Part shown: piece after piece, positions 25,273-25,311 of the stretch
How positions within the stretch are numbered: the first letter of the stretch is position 1
Layout: each line of letters begins with the position of its first letter
Translations under genes and position numbers: made by a program
Notes under the pieces: model-generated
Seen by the model: only the letters and a program-made list of their open reading frames with translations
What the model was told of the DNA's origin: nothing
Databases searched by the model: none
Source of the DNA: a virus
Taxonomy: Duplodnaviria; Caudoviricetes
Length of the DNA stretch: 25,311 bases
IMG/VR virus record: IMGVR_UViG_3300006029_000082
Span: 1 to 25,311 of that record
Reading direction: 5' to 3' (one strand)

Positions 25273-25311
25273 TATCTTCCTCCTAAAATTTTGCCATCTA
25301 ACTCCATATTA
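25272..25311 (-). CDS. 3' end of an upstream gene (..NMELDGKILGGR*)
   Basis: Open frame from the window edge, TAATG overlap with the next gene. Confidence 0.45.
   Translation of the reverse strand, partial: NMELDGKILGGR

Overview
This window is about 25 kb of a tailed-phage genome, most likely a temperate phage of an alphaproteobacterium (host assignment is an inference from gene style). An uninterrupted attP with phage genes on both sides indicates the excised or virion form. From left to right the minus strand carries portal, terL and terS, a putative late activator, an iteron cluster, a primase-helicase, SSB, a PD-(D/E)XK nuclease, a PAPS-reductase-like protein, RuvC and Cro. The plus strand then carries wHTH and XRE regulators, small genes, an adenine MTase, xis, int and a tRNA-His attP. 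The right end is a minus-strand lysis/tail region. Most notable: (1) three genes around the portal share an M(A)GLLD N-terminus, and the two complete ones carry unrelated enzyme-like domains (ADP-ribosyltransferase-like, HhH-glycosylase-like), a candidate virion-delivered polymorphic effector system; (2) two plus-strand small-gene islands 15 kb apart share the same promoter and double-operator design; (3) a SAM methyltransferase domain is inserted in frame inside the PAPS-reductase-like protein; (4) a covarying repeated RNA hairpin and a possible pseudoknot upstream of ssb. All family assignments come from motif recognition by eye; no searches were run.
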